A stretch of 64,000 bases of DNA, from positions 1 through 64,000 of IMG/VR virus record IMGVR_UViG_3300033153_010139. The stretch is one strand, 5' to 3'. The number at the start of each line of letters is the position of its first letter. The first letter of the stretch is position 1. Made by a program: the position numbers and the translations under genes. A model generated the notes under the pieces. That model was not told the DNA's origin. It did not search any database and saw only the letters and a program-made list of their open reading frames with translations. This DNA comes from a virus. Shown piece by piece: positions 46,225 to 56,011 of this stretch.

Positions 46225-46670
46225 GCGCGGACTTCGACAAGCAGGTTCGTGAGATTGCCGAGCCCAAGGTCATGGCCGCGTTGGACCGAGCCAAGACCGC
46301 CTACATGGCCGAGTTCGGGGACTTCGTGGAGGGCATCCACAAGGACGAGCTGGCCGAGCACTTCCAGAAGGCCGGCGAGTGCAAGCTCAAGGCGCTCTTG
46401 GAGTCGGACAAGACCGTGGCGGCTCAGTACGCCAAGGCAGCCGAGCGGCACATGGATTCGATCGAGACGCTGGGCGTTGGCGCCGTGATCATCGCCAAGG
46501 CGAAGACGGCCAGCGTGCTCCGTGTGACAGCTGGCATCATCCTCGACACGCTCGGGGACGTGGCGCTGGCGGTCATCAAGACCGTGGCCGAAGGGCTCGT
46601 GGACGGGCTGATCAAGGGCTTCATGCCCGAGGGAGGGATTGCTGGCGAAGCCGGCAGCTTTCCTGGTTGA
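46221..46670 (+). CDS. hypothetical protein, amphipathic C-terminus
   Basis: ATGA-coupled to the lipoprotein gene. Confidence 0.55.
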   Translation: MSADFDKQVREIAEPKVMAALDRAKTAYMAEFGDFVEGIHKDELAEHFQKAGECKLKALLESDKTVAAQYAKAAERHMDSIETLGVGAVIIAKAKTASVLRVTAGIILDTLGDVALAVIKTVAEGLVDGLIKGFMPEGGIAGEAGSFPG

Positions 46671-46746
46671 GACTCTGCTCGGCGACAAGGACAAGGACAA
46701 GGACGAATCAACCCCGCTCAGTTCCGAATGGAAGAAGGAGAGAACA

Positions 46747-47073
46747 ATGGCGGAATGGACGCAGGCTCAGTTGAAGGAGATGGCCGGAGGGGTCATCGGG
46801 CTGTTTGACGACGGGTTCCAGTTCAGCGACATCTTCGAGATCGTGCCGAAGGTCATGGAGGTCGTGGCTTTGGTGAAGGACACGACGGGCCCCGAGAAGA
46901 AGGAGCTGGCGATCATGCTCGGTGAGTACATCATCGATGAGACCGACTTCCCCTGGCTCCCGGACGCTCTCGTGGATCCGATCTGCAAGAAGTTCCTGCC
47001 CGGCGCGGTGCAGATGGCATGGGACGCTTCCAAGGGCAAGTTCGCTTTCGGCGGCAACGACGCGAGCGAGTAG
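46747..47073 (+). CDS. hypothetical protein (possibly lysis-related)
   Basis: AAGGAG RBS; TGPEKKELA motif. Confidence 0.5.
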   Translation: MAEWTQAQLKEMAGGVIGLFDDGFQFSDIFEIVPKVMEVVALVKDTTGPEKKELAIMLGEYIIDETDFPWLPDALVDPICKKFLPGAVQMAWDASKGKFAFGGNDASE

Positions 47074-47106
47074 CCACAAGCACTTGGGAACGTTTTTCGG
47101 AAAGCG

Positions 47107-47135
47107 TTGACTTCGTGTCGGTGAATCCGTAAAAC
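47107..47135 (+). promoter_or_regulatory. sigma70-like promoter
   Basis: TTGACT-17 nt-TAAAAC. Confidence 0.6.
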
Positions 47136-47141
47136 AGCTCT

Positions 47142-47452
47142 CGCTCAACGAGGTTGGGTGTCGCAGTCAGCAGCGCTGGCGCGAGTCACAGGCGGGACGG
47201 CCGGGGTCTTTCGGGACCTTGGAGAGAGCGGCTGGGCTAGAGGACAACGGCCACCCTGACGGTTGGAACCGGGTCCGAAGGTCGCCGAGCAAGTGCTCGG
47301 TAGGCGCGCGGTGGTGAGGTCGGCAGCTTGGCTGGAGGGGAAACCTGAAGGCCGAGGCGGCGCACGACAACGAATGGGTAGGGTCATTCGCTTCTTCACG
47401 GACGGTGATCCAGGGTAAGGCGGTTCAAGAGTTCGCTCTTGGCCGCCTTTGC
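47142..47452 (+). ncRNA. candidate structured non-coding RNA
   Basis: No credible ORF; several hairpins, including UUCG loops at 47201-47222 and 47417-47449. Confidence 0.5.
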
Positions 47453-47524
47453 TCATCCCAGAGAAGAGTAGTCGCTGGTGCTTGTCGCATTCGTGGCCCA
47501 TAATGGTGCGCGGAGGCGCGGCTT

Positions 47525-48250
47525 ATGGCGTGGGATCGCCTGGAACAGCTCAACCGGTTGCTGGGGACTGGCCCACCGGCGAGCGCCTACATCTTCCCCG
47601 AGATGCCAGGAACCTTCAGCCGCACAACGGCGCGGTCGAGCGACGAGATCTTCGTCTTCCAGTACTGGCCCGAGTCGGTAGAGGCCGCCTACACGGTCAA
47701 CTACGCGCAGAAGTCGGTCCCAGGAGGCTCCCACGACCTCCAGCAGTGGACCGGCGGCAGCGGCCGGGACATTACCTTCCCCGTCGTGTTCACCGCTGAG
47801 GTCAGCGCTGACGTGCGCGGCTTGCTTGGCGTGTCGCCGCCCGTGGAGCTGCTGCCATCCGTGCGCTACACCGTAGACGTGCGCGGCGCCGTGTCCTACC
47901 TCCAGTCGCTCATGCTCGGCAGCTACGGCAAAGAGAGACAAGCGGGCGGCGGGCTCAACAACCTCGCGAGGCCGCCAAAGAAGATCTGGCTTGTGCTCGA
48001 AGGCACTGGGCTCGGCGGCAACAAGGACGAGGTGCTGGTCATTCTTCGATCCGCGCCGGTCACTTACGAGGCGTGGTTTCCAAACGGGAAGCCGCGTATC
48101 GTAGCGATGTCGCTCACGTTCACGGAGATCGTGCAGCGGTCAACGGCAACGCAAGGCAAGTCGTCCATCCAGTTCATCGGGCGCGAGGTGTTCGAGCGCG
48201 ACGGCGAGTTCTACAACTACCGAGGCACCGTCGATCGGGCGCTGGGTTAG
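47525..48250 (+). CDS. tail tube initiator / CIS tube-like protein
   Basis: FQYWPES..YTVNYAQKSVPGGSH..QWTGGSGRDITF; FPNGKPR. Confidence 0.7.
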   Translation: MAWDRLEQLNRLLGTGPPASAYIFPEMPGTFSRTTARSSDEIFVFQYWPESVEAAYTVNYAQKSVPGGSHDLQQWTGGSGRDITFPVVFTAEVSADVRGLLGVSPPVELLPSVRYTVDVRGAVSYLQSLMLGSYGKERQAGGGLNNLARPPKKIWLVLEGTGLGGNKDEVLVILRSAPVTYEAWFPNGKPRIVAMSLTFTEIVQRSTATQGKSSIQFIGREVFERDGEFYNYRGTVDRALG

Positions 48251-48260
48251 GAGAGTCTGA

Positions 48261-48584
48261 GTGGCAGGCACAGGCGAAACGAGCATTCGCTCCTACAACT
48301 ACTACAAGGATGACGTGATCGCCGGCACCGGGGTCTATACCGATGCCGGAAACATCCTCACGTTCGTGGACCAGGACACGACCAAGCCGTTCACCAGCCA
48401 CTCGATCATGCTGGCGAACGACGCGGCGTCCGACATCTACTTCCGAGTCGCGCCGGACGGTGGCGGCGCGCCGGACCACGGTCGCGTGAAGGCTGGTGAG
48501 GTGCTGGTGCAGGACTTCAGGAGGCTCAAGGCGATCTACCTCAAGGGCACTGCTGGAGCCGCCTATCGTTTTTGGGCTTGGTAG
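48261..48584 (+). CDS. hypothetical virion protein
   Basis: AGGAG RBS; clean ORF. Confidence 0.55.
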   Translation: MAGTGETSIRSYNYYKDDVIAGTGVYTDAGNILTFVDQDTTKPFTSHSIMLANDAASDIYFRVAPDGGGAPDHGRVKAGEVLVQDFRRLKAIYLKGTAGAAYRFWAW

Positions 48585-48589
48585 TCGTC

Positions 48590-49129
48590 GTGAGCGGGCT
48601 GGGCAAACGCGGACCGGGCGGCTTCACCGTAGGCGCGCTCCAAGGCGTCCACGGCGGCGAGCGCATCTTCGTGCCCGACATGTTCCAGGCGCCGGAGGCA
48701 GCTTGGCCGGTGCCGACGGTTGCGCCAGTCGCGTCGGACGTGCCTTACTCGGCGACCGGTCTCGTGCGCGCCTACGTGGACTCGGGCGAGACCAGCATCG
48801 GGTTCTCGCTCAAGATCCCAGCTGGCGTGACGACGATGGTCATGCGGATGCCGGGCCGTGCGGGAGACGCGCCGGCAGCTCCGGGCCAGGTCGTCATGCG
48901 CCTGCACGCGCGCGTTGGCGTCGGCGCGTGGATCGGGCCGACGGCGCTGGGCGTGTTAGCCGTGCCCAATGACCTGGCGCAGAGCTGGTCCTTCTCGACG
49001 ACGCTCGCCGGTCTTGGCTTGGGCGCCGGCAACGACGCGCAGTTCATTCTGAGCAGGAATCCAGGATCGGCTTCGGATACCCTGGTGGGGCGCTGGTTCC
49101 TGTACGAGCTGGGGGTCAACTTCGCATGA
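48590..49129 (+). CDS. hypothetical virion protein (start uncertain)
   Basis: Beta-rich; operon packing. Confidence 0.5.
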   Translation: MSGLGKRGPGGFTVGALQGVHGGERIFVPDMFQAPEAAWPVPTVAPVASDVPYSATGLVRAYVDSGETSIGFSLKIPAGVTTMVMRMPGRAGDAPAAPGQVVMRLHARVGVGAWIGPTALGVLAVPNDLAQSWSFSTTLAGLGLGAGNDAQFILSRNPGSASDTLVGRWFLYELGVNFA

Positions 49130-49749
49130 GCGCGCTCACCAGACCTGGCGGTGGCACCATCGGCACGCCGGTCGATCCGGCGTCGCCGTCCGGGATCCTC
49201 ATCGATCCCTACACCGAGATTGGCCAAACACCGCTGCTCGATGAGGTCATCAAGGGCGACGGGCTTGGCGGCTGGACGATCGGGCTTCCTCCGGGCGGTC
49301 CGCCGAGCGGCGTGGCGGGGGGCGACCTGTCCGGCACCTACGCTAATCCGACGGTCAAGACCAAGCGCCTGGTGCTGGAGTTCGCTTCTCCTGGGCGCGT
49401 GATGTCCGCCGGCGTTCGTTACTTGGACCGAGAGGCCATTGCCTGTTCGCTGATCCCCACGCTGCTGCACGCGGCCTGGAACCTCATCGGTATCTCGATT
49501 GTGGTCGATCTTGTTGACGCTTCGCGGACCTACGACGTCGAGGTCGTCAGCAACCCGCACACCGGATCGCCTGCGATCATCGGGACTGCGCTGACCGTGC
49601 CTCTGAGCACCTTGAGCGCGTCAACGCGAGCGCTCACGACCGCCGTTCCGGTGAACACGCTCTGGGGCGTGCGGATCGTGCGAGCTACCGGTTCGGGGCT
49701 GTCCACCTTCACGCGCGCTCGCGTGGAGATCGAAGTGGAGATGCCATGA
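49126..49749 (+). CDS. fibre/decoration-like protein
   Basis: PSGVAGGDLSGTYANP motif typical of fibre shafts. Confidence 0.55.
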   Translation: MSALTRPGGGTIGTPVDPASPSGILIDPYTEIGQTPLLDEVIKGDGLGGWTIGLPPGGPPSGVAGGDLSGTYANPTVKTKRLVLEFASPGRVMSAGVRYLDREAIACSLIPTLLHAAWNLIGISIVVDLVDASRTYDVEVVSNPHTGSPAIIGTALTVPLSTLSASTRALTTAVPVNTLWGVRIVRATGSGLSTFTRARVEIEVEMP

Positions 49750-50579
49750 GTACGCTCGTCATTCGCTCCAACGCCGATACGATCATTCCCGTTCTGATTG
49801 CCGACCTCGGGTTCCCGATCCCGCCGGCCGGCGGTCAGGAGACGCTGACCGACGACGAAGAGATTGCGGCAGCTGGGGAGTCGGGCAGCCTGGACGCGCT
49901 CACGCAGGACAGTGCCTACGTTGGCGGCGGCGACGCATCCGACCATTCGCTAATCTTGAACGACGGTGCGGCGGACATCACGCACGACGAATTGAAGGCG
50001 GTCGCCGGGACCGCTGTCATGGTCGGCGCCACGCCGACGGACGCCGGTATCCAGGGCCTCGTGCCCGGCTCGACGGCTGGCAGCGAGACCGCCGAGTTCT
50101 TGCGCAAGGACGGCTCATGGGCGCAGCCAGCTGGCGCCGGCACTGGCGATGTCGTTGGCCCGGCCGCCGCGTCCGATCGCGCTGTTGCGCTCTACGACGG
50201 CACGACCGGCAAGCTCATCCAGAACAGCCCGGTGACGGTCTCCGCTGGTGGCGACATCGCGACCGCCGGCACTGTGGACGGCGTGAACGTTTCCGCGCAC
50301 GCGCTGGACGCGAACGCTCATCACACGCGCTATCAGAATAGCGAGGCCGTCACGGCGATGGGCGCCAAGGCTGACGCGAACGCGCTGAACCACGATAGGT
50401 ACGCCAACACCGAAGCCCGTTCGGCAATGGGTTTTGCTGGGGTGTTTACTCAGGCTTCTGAGCCGACTATCGTGCAAGTTCCAAACGATCAGTGGGCCTT
50501 CTGGCTCAACACGACCAGCGGCAAGGATTACTTAGTGAGGCGTCGGGCCGGCGCTCTCAAGAAGGTTGAGATGCGCTAG
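49746..50579 (+). CDS. fibre-like protein
   Basis: FLRKDGSW, GDVVGP, DGTTGKLI motifs. Confidence 0.6.
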   Translation: MSTLVIRSNADTIIPVLIADLGFPIPPAGGQETLTDDEEIAAAGESGSLDALTQDSAYVGGGDASDHSLILNDGAADITHDELKAVAGTAVMVGATPTDAGIQGLVPGSTAGSETAEFLRKDGSWAQPAGAGTGDVVGPAAASDRAVALYDGTTGKLIQNSPVTVSAGGDIATAGTVDGVNVSAHALDANAHHTRYQNSEAVTAMGAKADANALNHDRYANTEARSAMGFAGVFTQASEPTIVQVPNDQWAFWLNTTSGKDYLVRRRAGALKKVEMR

Positions 50580-50596
50580 ACGCGCAAGGAGCAGAC

Positions 50597-51982
50597 ATGG
50601 CGATCAACACTTCCGGGACTACGACGGTCCAGCACGACAAGGACCACTACATTTCCGATCACAACCACGACGGCTCGGACGTCTTAGTCGGCGCCAGTGG
50701 CGGGAACCCGGCCGAGATCGACTGGTCGCACGCTGCGGCCACCGCGCTGACCGTCGCTATCCGCGACGCCAACGGCGATCTGATCGTTCCGGCGACCCCG
50801 ACCAACGACAACGCCGCGGTCTCCAAGGTCTACGCCGAGGGACTCGTCTCCGGTCTGCAGATCAAGGACGCCTGTAGCGTGGCGACCGCCGCCGCTCTCC
50901 CAGCCTACACGGGCGGCGGAACAGGTACGCTCACGGCAACCAGCGTTGGCGTCCTTACGATCGACGGCATTGCGACGGTGCTTGGCGACCGCATTCTCCT
51001 GAAGGACGGCGCCTCCGCGATCGACAACGGCATTTACGAAGTCACTACCGAGGGCACTGTCGGCGTCGCCTATGTGCTGACGCGTACTGCGGACCTGGAC
51101 ACCGGTGACAGCGCCGCCAACGCCTTCACGTTCGTCGGTCAAGGCACGGCCAACGGAGAGACCGGCTGGGCTTGCACCAGCGTGTCCGGTTCCGACACCG
51201 TGGACACCCACGCGCTGACCTGGGTCCAGTTCAATGGCGGCACGACGGTCACTGGCGGCGACGGTATCCGCAAGACCGGCACCTCACTTGACATCGAGCC
51301 GACCGACTTCGCCGGCAACGGCCTGACCACAACCGGCGCAGTTCCCGCGCAGGACATGCTGGTCGAGCACGACGTGACCACAGGCGGGAACATCCAGCCT
51401 GTCAACGTAGCCGCCAACGGCGTGGGTGTGGACATCAACGCCATTGCCGGCACGGGTATCGAAGCTGACGGCAGCGCGAACCTGCGCTTGGCGCTCCAGG
51501 GCAACGGTATCGCTGGCGGCGCCGGCAGCACGCTATCGGTGGACGCCGACACGGAAACCGGCGGGAACATCCAGGGCGCGAACGTCACGGCCAACGGCGT
51601 GGGCGTAGACGTCAGCGCCATTGCCGGCAACGGCCTGGCCGCAGACGGCAGCGCCAACTTGGACGTGAGCCCGGACACGACCGGAGGCGCGAACCTGGCC
51701 GAGGCCATCAACGTCAGCGCCAACGGCGTGGCCGTCAAGATCGATGACGTCGGCGTCAAGGAGAACGGGAGCGGCCAGCTGGTGGTGGCCGGATTCCATG
51801 GCTTCGGCGCCTACGCCGGCTCGAAGCCGACCTACACCGAGGCGCACACCACGCTGGGTATGGCTGCCGTGAACGACTGGGCCTTCTTCCTCAAGGCCGC
51901 CTCGAACAAGGTCTACCTGCTGATTCGCCAGTCGGTCGGGGCCTCCGACATCACCGACTTCAGCATGGTCCAGATGACCTAA
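50597..51982 (+). CDS. fibre/head-decoration-like protein with beta repeats
   Basis: GDRILLKD..NGIY; GNIQ..ANGVGVD..IAG repeats. Confidence 0.65.
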   Translation: MAINTSGTTTVQHDKDHYISDHNHDGSDVLVGASGGNPAEIDWSHAAATALTVAIRDANGDLIVPATPTNDNAAVSKVYAEGLVSGLQIKDACSVATAAALPAYTGGGTGTLTATSVGVLTIDGIATVLGDRILLKDGASAIDNGIYEVTTEGTVGVAYVLTRTADLDTGDSAANAFTFVGQGTANGETGWACTSVSGSDTVDTHALTWVQFNGGTTVTGGDGIRKTGTSLDIEPTDFAGNGLTTTGAVPAQDMLVEHDVTTGGNIQPVNVAANGVGVDINAIAGTGIEADGSANLRLALQGNGIAGGAGSTLSVDADTETGGNIQGANVTANGVGVDVSAIAGNGLAADGSANLDVSPDTTGGANLAEAINVSANGVAVKIDDVGVKENGSGQLVVAGFHGFGAYAGSKPTYTEAHTTLGMAAVNDWAFFLKAASNKVYLLIRQSVGASDITDFSMVQMT

Positions 51983-52027
51983 TCGTCCTCGGGCGACGGT
52001 AGGAGGTAGCCCGGCTCAGGAGGCTCT

Positions 52028-52717
52028 GTGTCACACGACGATCATGCTGAACAGGTGGGAGTGGCGAACGGACTCGCCACCCTCGGCGCCGGGGCCACGC
52101 ATCCTGCAGCCCAATACACCGAGATGGTCGGCGATTCAGGCGCTGGCGGCACCAAAGGGGCGGTCCCCGCCCCAGCCGCTGGCGATGCCGCCGCCGGCAA
52201 ATTCCTCAAGGCCGATGGGACGTGGGCGGCTGCCGGCAGCGGCCCGCGAACCGATTACGGCGCTCTGGCGGCCGACCCCGGCGGTACCCCGAGCGACGGC
52301 GACATCTACTACAACACGGCGCTCGACATGGAAATGCGCTACGACGCCGGGCGCACGAAGTGGTTGAGCATCGAGTCCCAGGTCTTCCAGTTCGGTCGGA
52401 GCGGTAACACCGCTGATGGCGCCTATTACAAGCACGTCGATGCGATGACCATGTCGGCGACGGCAGGGTTCATGGTGCCGCACAATGGCACGCTGATCGG
52501 CGTCGGCTATACGCGTACGGACACCGACGCGGCCACGTTCGAGATTCAAGACGACGGCGTTAGCCTTGGAACGCTCGCGTCTGCCGCTGTAGCCGGGTCC
52601 GTTATGGCTCTGAATGGCGATTTTGCCGCGAGCAGCGTTCTTTCCGCGTTGAACCAAACGGGGAGTGCTACCACAAGCGGCGTGCTCGGTTGGTTCAAGG
52701 TGAAGTGGAGGGCGTAA
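52028..52717 (+). CDS. fibre-like protein
   Basis: GTKGAVPAPAAGDAAAGKFLKADGTW; GDIYYNT. Confidence 0.6.
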   Translation: MSHDDHAEQVGVANGLATLGAGATHPAAQYTEMVGDSGAGGTKGAVPAPAAGDAAAGKFLKADGTWAAAGSGPRTDYGALAADPGGTPSDGDIYYNTALDMEMRYDAGRTKWLSIESQVFQFGRSGNTADGAYYKHVDAMTMSATAGFMVPHNGTLIGVGYTRTDTDAATFEIQDDGVSLGTLASAAVAGSVMALNGDFAASSVLSALNQTGSATTSGVLGWFKVKWRA

Positions 52718-53509
52718 GTGGCAGCCACAATCATCGCCAAGAACCAGACGGCGGGGGACCTGGCCCTCACCCAGCTGATCGCGCCGGACCGGAAGATCCC
52801 GGCCTCCGGCCAAGTCCAGCTCACAGACTGGAACACGGTTTCTGAGATCCAGAGCGACAAACAGCTCAAGGCTTACATCACCAGCGACGACGTTCTGCTC
52901 AATATCAACGGAACAGATCAGAACAAGGCGCAGAGCCTTGCCGAGGGTATCGCTTCCGTTGCGCCTGTTGCTGACGGAGTTCCGCGAGCCGATGACGGCG
53001 CCGAGCTGGCCGCCGCGTGGCTCAAGAATTTCGTCGGAGACTCTGGATCCGGCGGTACCAAGGGCGCCGCGCCCGCCCCAGCCGCTGGCGATGCCGCCGC
53101 CGGCAAATTCCTCAAGGCCGATGGGACGTGGTCAACCGCGCCCAGCGGCGGGTCGCCGACAAGCCAGCTCGTGGCCGCGACGGCTGGCGCGACCACCACC
53201 TCGACAGATCCTGTCCTGGTTCCGGGCGCAACGATAACACCAGCAGCTGGCACCTACCTCGTATGGTTCACCGGCTCTGCCGCGCAGTCCAATAAGAACA
53301 ACAGTGCGTGGACGTCCGTGCATTCTGGTGGCGTGATCGAGCAGGCGTCAGAGCGACTACTCGACTTTGCCGGAGCCTTGCAGTACGTGCCGTTCTCTTG
53401 TGTGGCCCGCGTAACGGTCGATGGCGCGCAGGCGATCGAAGGCAGGTGGCGGGTCGATGGCGTCCAGGCGACGCTTGCCGAAGCAACCCTCGCGATTCTG
53501 AGGACGTAA
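52718..53509 (+). CDS. fibre-like protein
   Basis: Same KFLKADGTW module; N-terminus resembles the 49746 protein. Confidence 0.6.
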   Translation: MAATIIAKNQTAGDLALTQLIAPDRKIPASGQVQLTDWNTVSEIQSDKQLKAYITSDDVLLNINGTDQNKAQSLAEGIASVAPVADGVPRADDGAELAAAWLKNFVGDSGSGGTKGAAPAPAAGDAAAGKFLKADGTWSTAPSGGSPTSQLVAATAGATTTSTDPVLVPGATITPAAGTYLVWFTGSAAQSNKNNSAWTSVHSGGVIEQASERLLDFAGALQYVPFSCVARVTVDGAQAIEGRWRVDGVQATLAEATLAILRT

Positions 53510-54765
53510 TGGCGGAACACACCTATACCTACAGCAAGGCAACCGACTTCGGCGGCGCGATCAACTCGCACACGCTTGAGACCGCGATTTACGCGTCATC
53601 CATCGAAACCGCGCTGGCCCGGATCGACACCGCCGGCGACGTCGTCGAGGTCGTCTTCAAGGCGCAGCCGTCTCAGGCCGACAAGACGACGCTGGACGGC
53701 GGCGCATCGCAGACCGAGGAATCTCCCCCCGCGGCCGACAGCCTGCTCGACGAGCACGACGGCTCTGTTGTGACGATCCCCGACCAAACGCTGATCGTCA
53801 ACGAGGACGAGACGAAGTGGTACCAGCCGCAGACGAGCAACAAGACGCCGATCGTGAACCCGGACACGATCCCGCCCGGGTATATGCTCTACCTGACCGG
53901 AGCCTTCGACGACCTCGAAACCGGGAAGCGAGGAGTAGGTGCTCAGATAGAGAAGGCGGTGACCAACGACGCAGGTCCGATCACGGAGTACGTCGAGGGG
54001 CAGTTCTGCGAGCACGCCTATATTGTTGGGGGCGAGTTTGGCGTTCAGAACGACAACTTCGGCGACTGGGTCTCGATGCTCGCCTACGCTCCCGCGTCGG
54101 CGCCTACGAACGTGCCCACCGGAACAGGCAACGCCAACAAGGGTGGCGTGCTCGCCATCGACAACAAGAACGGCACCTTCCAAGCCGGTGACGTACTGAC
54201 CGGGGGAACGTCAGGGCATACAGCGGCAGTCGCAGCGGTACTGGCGGACACCGAGCTGCAGGTAGCGCACATCGGAACCGGCGCGTTCGAGGACGACGAA
54301 GAGGTGACCGGGAGCATCAGTAGCGCTACGGCCGACGTGGACGGCCTGATAGCCGGCAACATGTTCGTGCCGGCCGCGGACAACGGCTTCTGGAACGTGG
54401 ACGGCTCGGCGCTCACGGTGGGCGAGATCAACGAGAACCTCGTGCCTGTTCCAAACCCCGGCACGCCACAAGCGGGCTTCTGGAACTGGGATCCCGATGT
54501 GGACCCGTCGATTACGCCAGCTCCTAGCCAAGACGGAAGCTACGACCTCTACGACATCGACATTCCGCTGGTGCGCCAGGCGAACCGGATCAGCGTGCTC
54601 ATGCACGAGAAGGGGTGTTGCCCGCCAAACATCAGAGGCAAGAAGCTGCTTCCGCATTGGATATTCCGCTTCTACGTGCACAGGGAAGCGGCCGGGCCCG
54701 TTTCCGTCGCTTTCGTCATGAAGTTCGGTCGCCGCAGTACTGTCAACTCCACTGACCTGCTGTGA
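53509..54765 (+). CDS. hypothetical virion protein
   Basis: TAATG-coupled start MAEHTYTY; FQAGDVLTG and FEDDEEVTG repeats. Confidence 0.6.
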   Translation: MAEHTYTYSKATDFGGAINSHTLETAIYASSIETALARIDTAGDVVEVVFKAQPSQADKTTLDGGASQTEESPPAADSLLDEHDGSVVTIPDQTLIVNEDETKWYQPQTSNKTPIVNPDTIPPGYMLYLTGAFDDLETGKRGVGAQIEKAVTNDAGPITEYVEGQFCEHAYIVGGEFGVQNDNFGDWVSMLAYAPASAPTNVPTGTGNANKGGVLAIDNKNGTFQAGDVLTGGTSGHTAAVAAVLADTELQVAHIGTGAFEDDEEVTGSISSATADVDGLIAGNMFVPAADNGFWNVDGSALTVGEINENLVPVPNPGTPQAGFWNWDPDVDPSITPAPSQDGSYDLYDIDIPLVRQANRISVLMHEKGCCPPNIRGKKLLPHWIFRFYVHREAAGPVSVAFVMKFGRRSTVNSTDLL

Positions 54766-55322
54766 TCGTCGTTGTCCTGTCAACGCCGTCTTCCCCCAGC
54801 CTGGTGTCCTGGCTGATCCGAAAGATCACCCGGTTTAAGGCCACCCACGCCTCGATTCACATCAAAGGGCGCGGCATGTTCGCCGGCTCGCGGCTGATCT
54901 TCGAGAGCACGTCGCACGGCGTCAGCCTGGTGCACCCTTCGACCTGGGACAAGAACAACCGCGCCGTGTTCGCTTACGAGATGGTCGGCGAGAACGAGGC
55001 CGGCGCAGTGGGGCTCCGCGAGACGTGGAAGCTCCTGGGCGCGGACTACGACTACCTGGGGTTGTTCCACTTTGGCTGGAGGATGCTCATGGACCGCATC
55101 TTCGGCGTGAAGGTGGACGCTCCCATCACCCAAGACACGTTGTTTTGCAGCGAGCTGGTCGCGCGGTGGCTGAACGAGGTGAAGACACAGCTCGGTATTC
55201 CTCTTGGAACGCTCCGACCCGACGAAGTGTCGCCAGCTGGGCTGTCGATCGAGCTGGAGCGCTCCGACCTGTTCAGGAGCCTGCCGTGCGAGGAACTCTC
55301 ATTGTCAGCGATCTTCACTTAG
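54762..55322 (+). CDS. permuted papain-like (NlpC/P60, YiiX-type) protein
   Basis: ATHASI (His), LGADYDY, LFCSELVA (Cys after His, the permuted order). Confidence 0.75.
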   Translation: MIVVVLSTPSSPSLVSWLIRKITRFKATHASIHIKGRGMFAGSRLIFESTSHGVSLVHPSTWDKNNRAVFAYEMVGENEAGAVGLRETWKLLGADYDYLGLFHFGWRMLMDRIFGVKVDAPITQDTLFCSELVARWLNEVKTQLGIPLGTLRPDEVSPAGLSIELERSDLFRSLPCEELSLSAIFT

Positions 55323-55975
55323 GGGCGCCCAGCCGTTACCCGCAGGCCGACGGCGAACTGTGCCGGATCCTCTGGCAGCCCTGGGAGCGCATTATCCTGG
55401 CCGGCGACGTCTTCGACCTGTGGCGCTCGTCCTACTGGGCGATCCGCAAGGTCCACACGACCGTGCTGGAGACCATCGCAGCGGCCAAGTGCCCGGTAAT
55501 CTTCATCCCTGGGAACCACGATGACGTATACCGCGGCGTGACCGACCTCGAAGGCATGGAAGTCGTGTGGCCCAGCTACACGTTCACCAGCGGCGGGAAG
55601 AAGGTCACCGTCTGCCACGGCGATACCTACGACACCGCCAGCCCGGCGCTGTCGGGTTTCGGGGCTTGGCTGGGTAACGCGGCCGACCGGATCGCGACCT
55701 GGCTCGCCGGTCCGGGGGCGTCGATCCAGCGGTCGGTGCGCCACTCATTCGTAGACCGTGGCCCAGGGCGCGAGCGCTACGCCAGACCAATCCTGGAGGC
55801 CGCGGCGCGCGATATTGACGCCGATCTGGTGGTGCTCGGCCACACGCACCTCCCGAGCGGGCCGGAGGAGATTGCCGGCAAGATCGTAGTCAACTCGGGA
55901 GACTTCGGCTCCGAGCACATGACCTACGTGGTGGTTTCTGAGGGAAAGGCAGAGCTTCGTGACCTACAGGCATGA
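55286..55975 (+). CDS. calcineurin-like metallophosphoesterase (LpxH-like)
   Basis: SDLHLG, LAGDVFD, IPGNHD, CHGD, LGHTH, NSGDF. Confidence 0.88.
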   Translation: MRGTLIVSDLHLGAPSRYPQADGELCRILWQPWERIILAGDVFDLWRSSYWAIRKVHTTVLETIAAAKCPVIFIPGNHDDVYRGVTDLEGMEVVWPSYTFTSGGKKVTVCHGDTYDTASPALSGFGAWLGNAADRIATWLAGPGASIQRSVRHSFVDRGPGRERYARPILEAAARDIDADLVVLGHTHLPSGPEEIAGKIVVNSGDFGSEHMTYVVVSEGKAELRDLQA

Positions 55976-56011
55976 TGCCGTAGAATGTCGTGGAGATAGG
56001 CGAGGGAGCTG

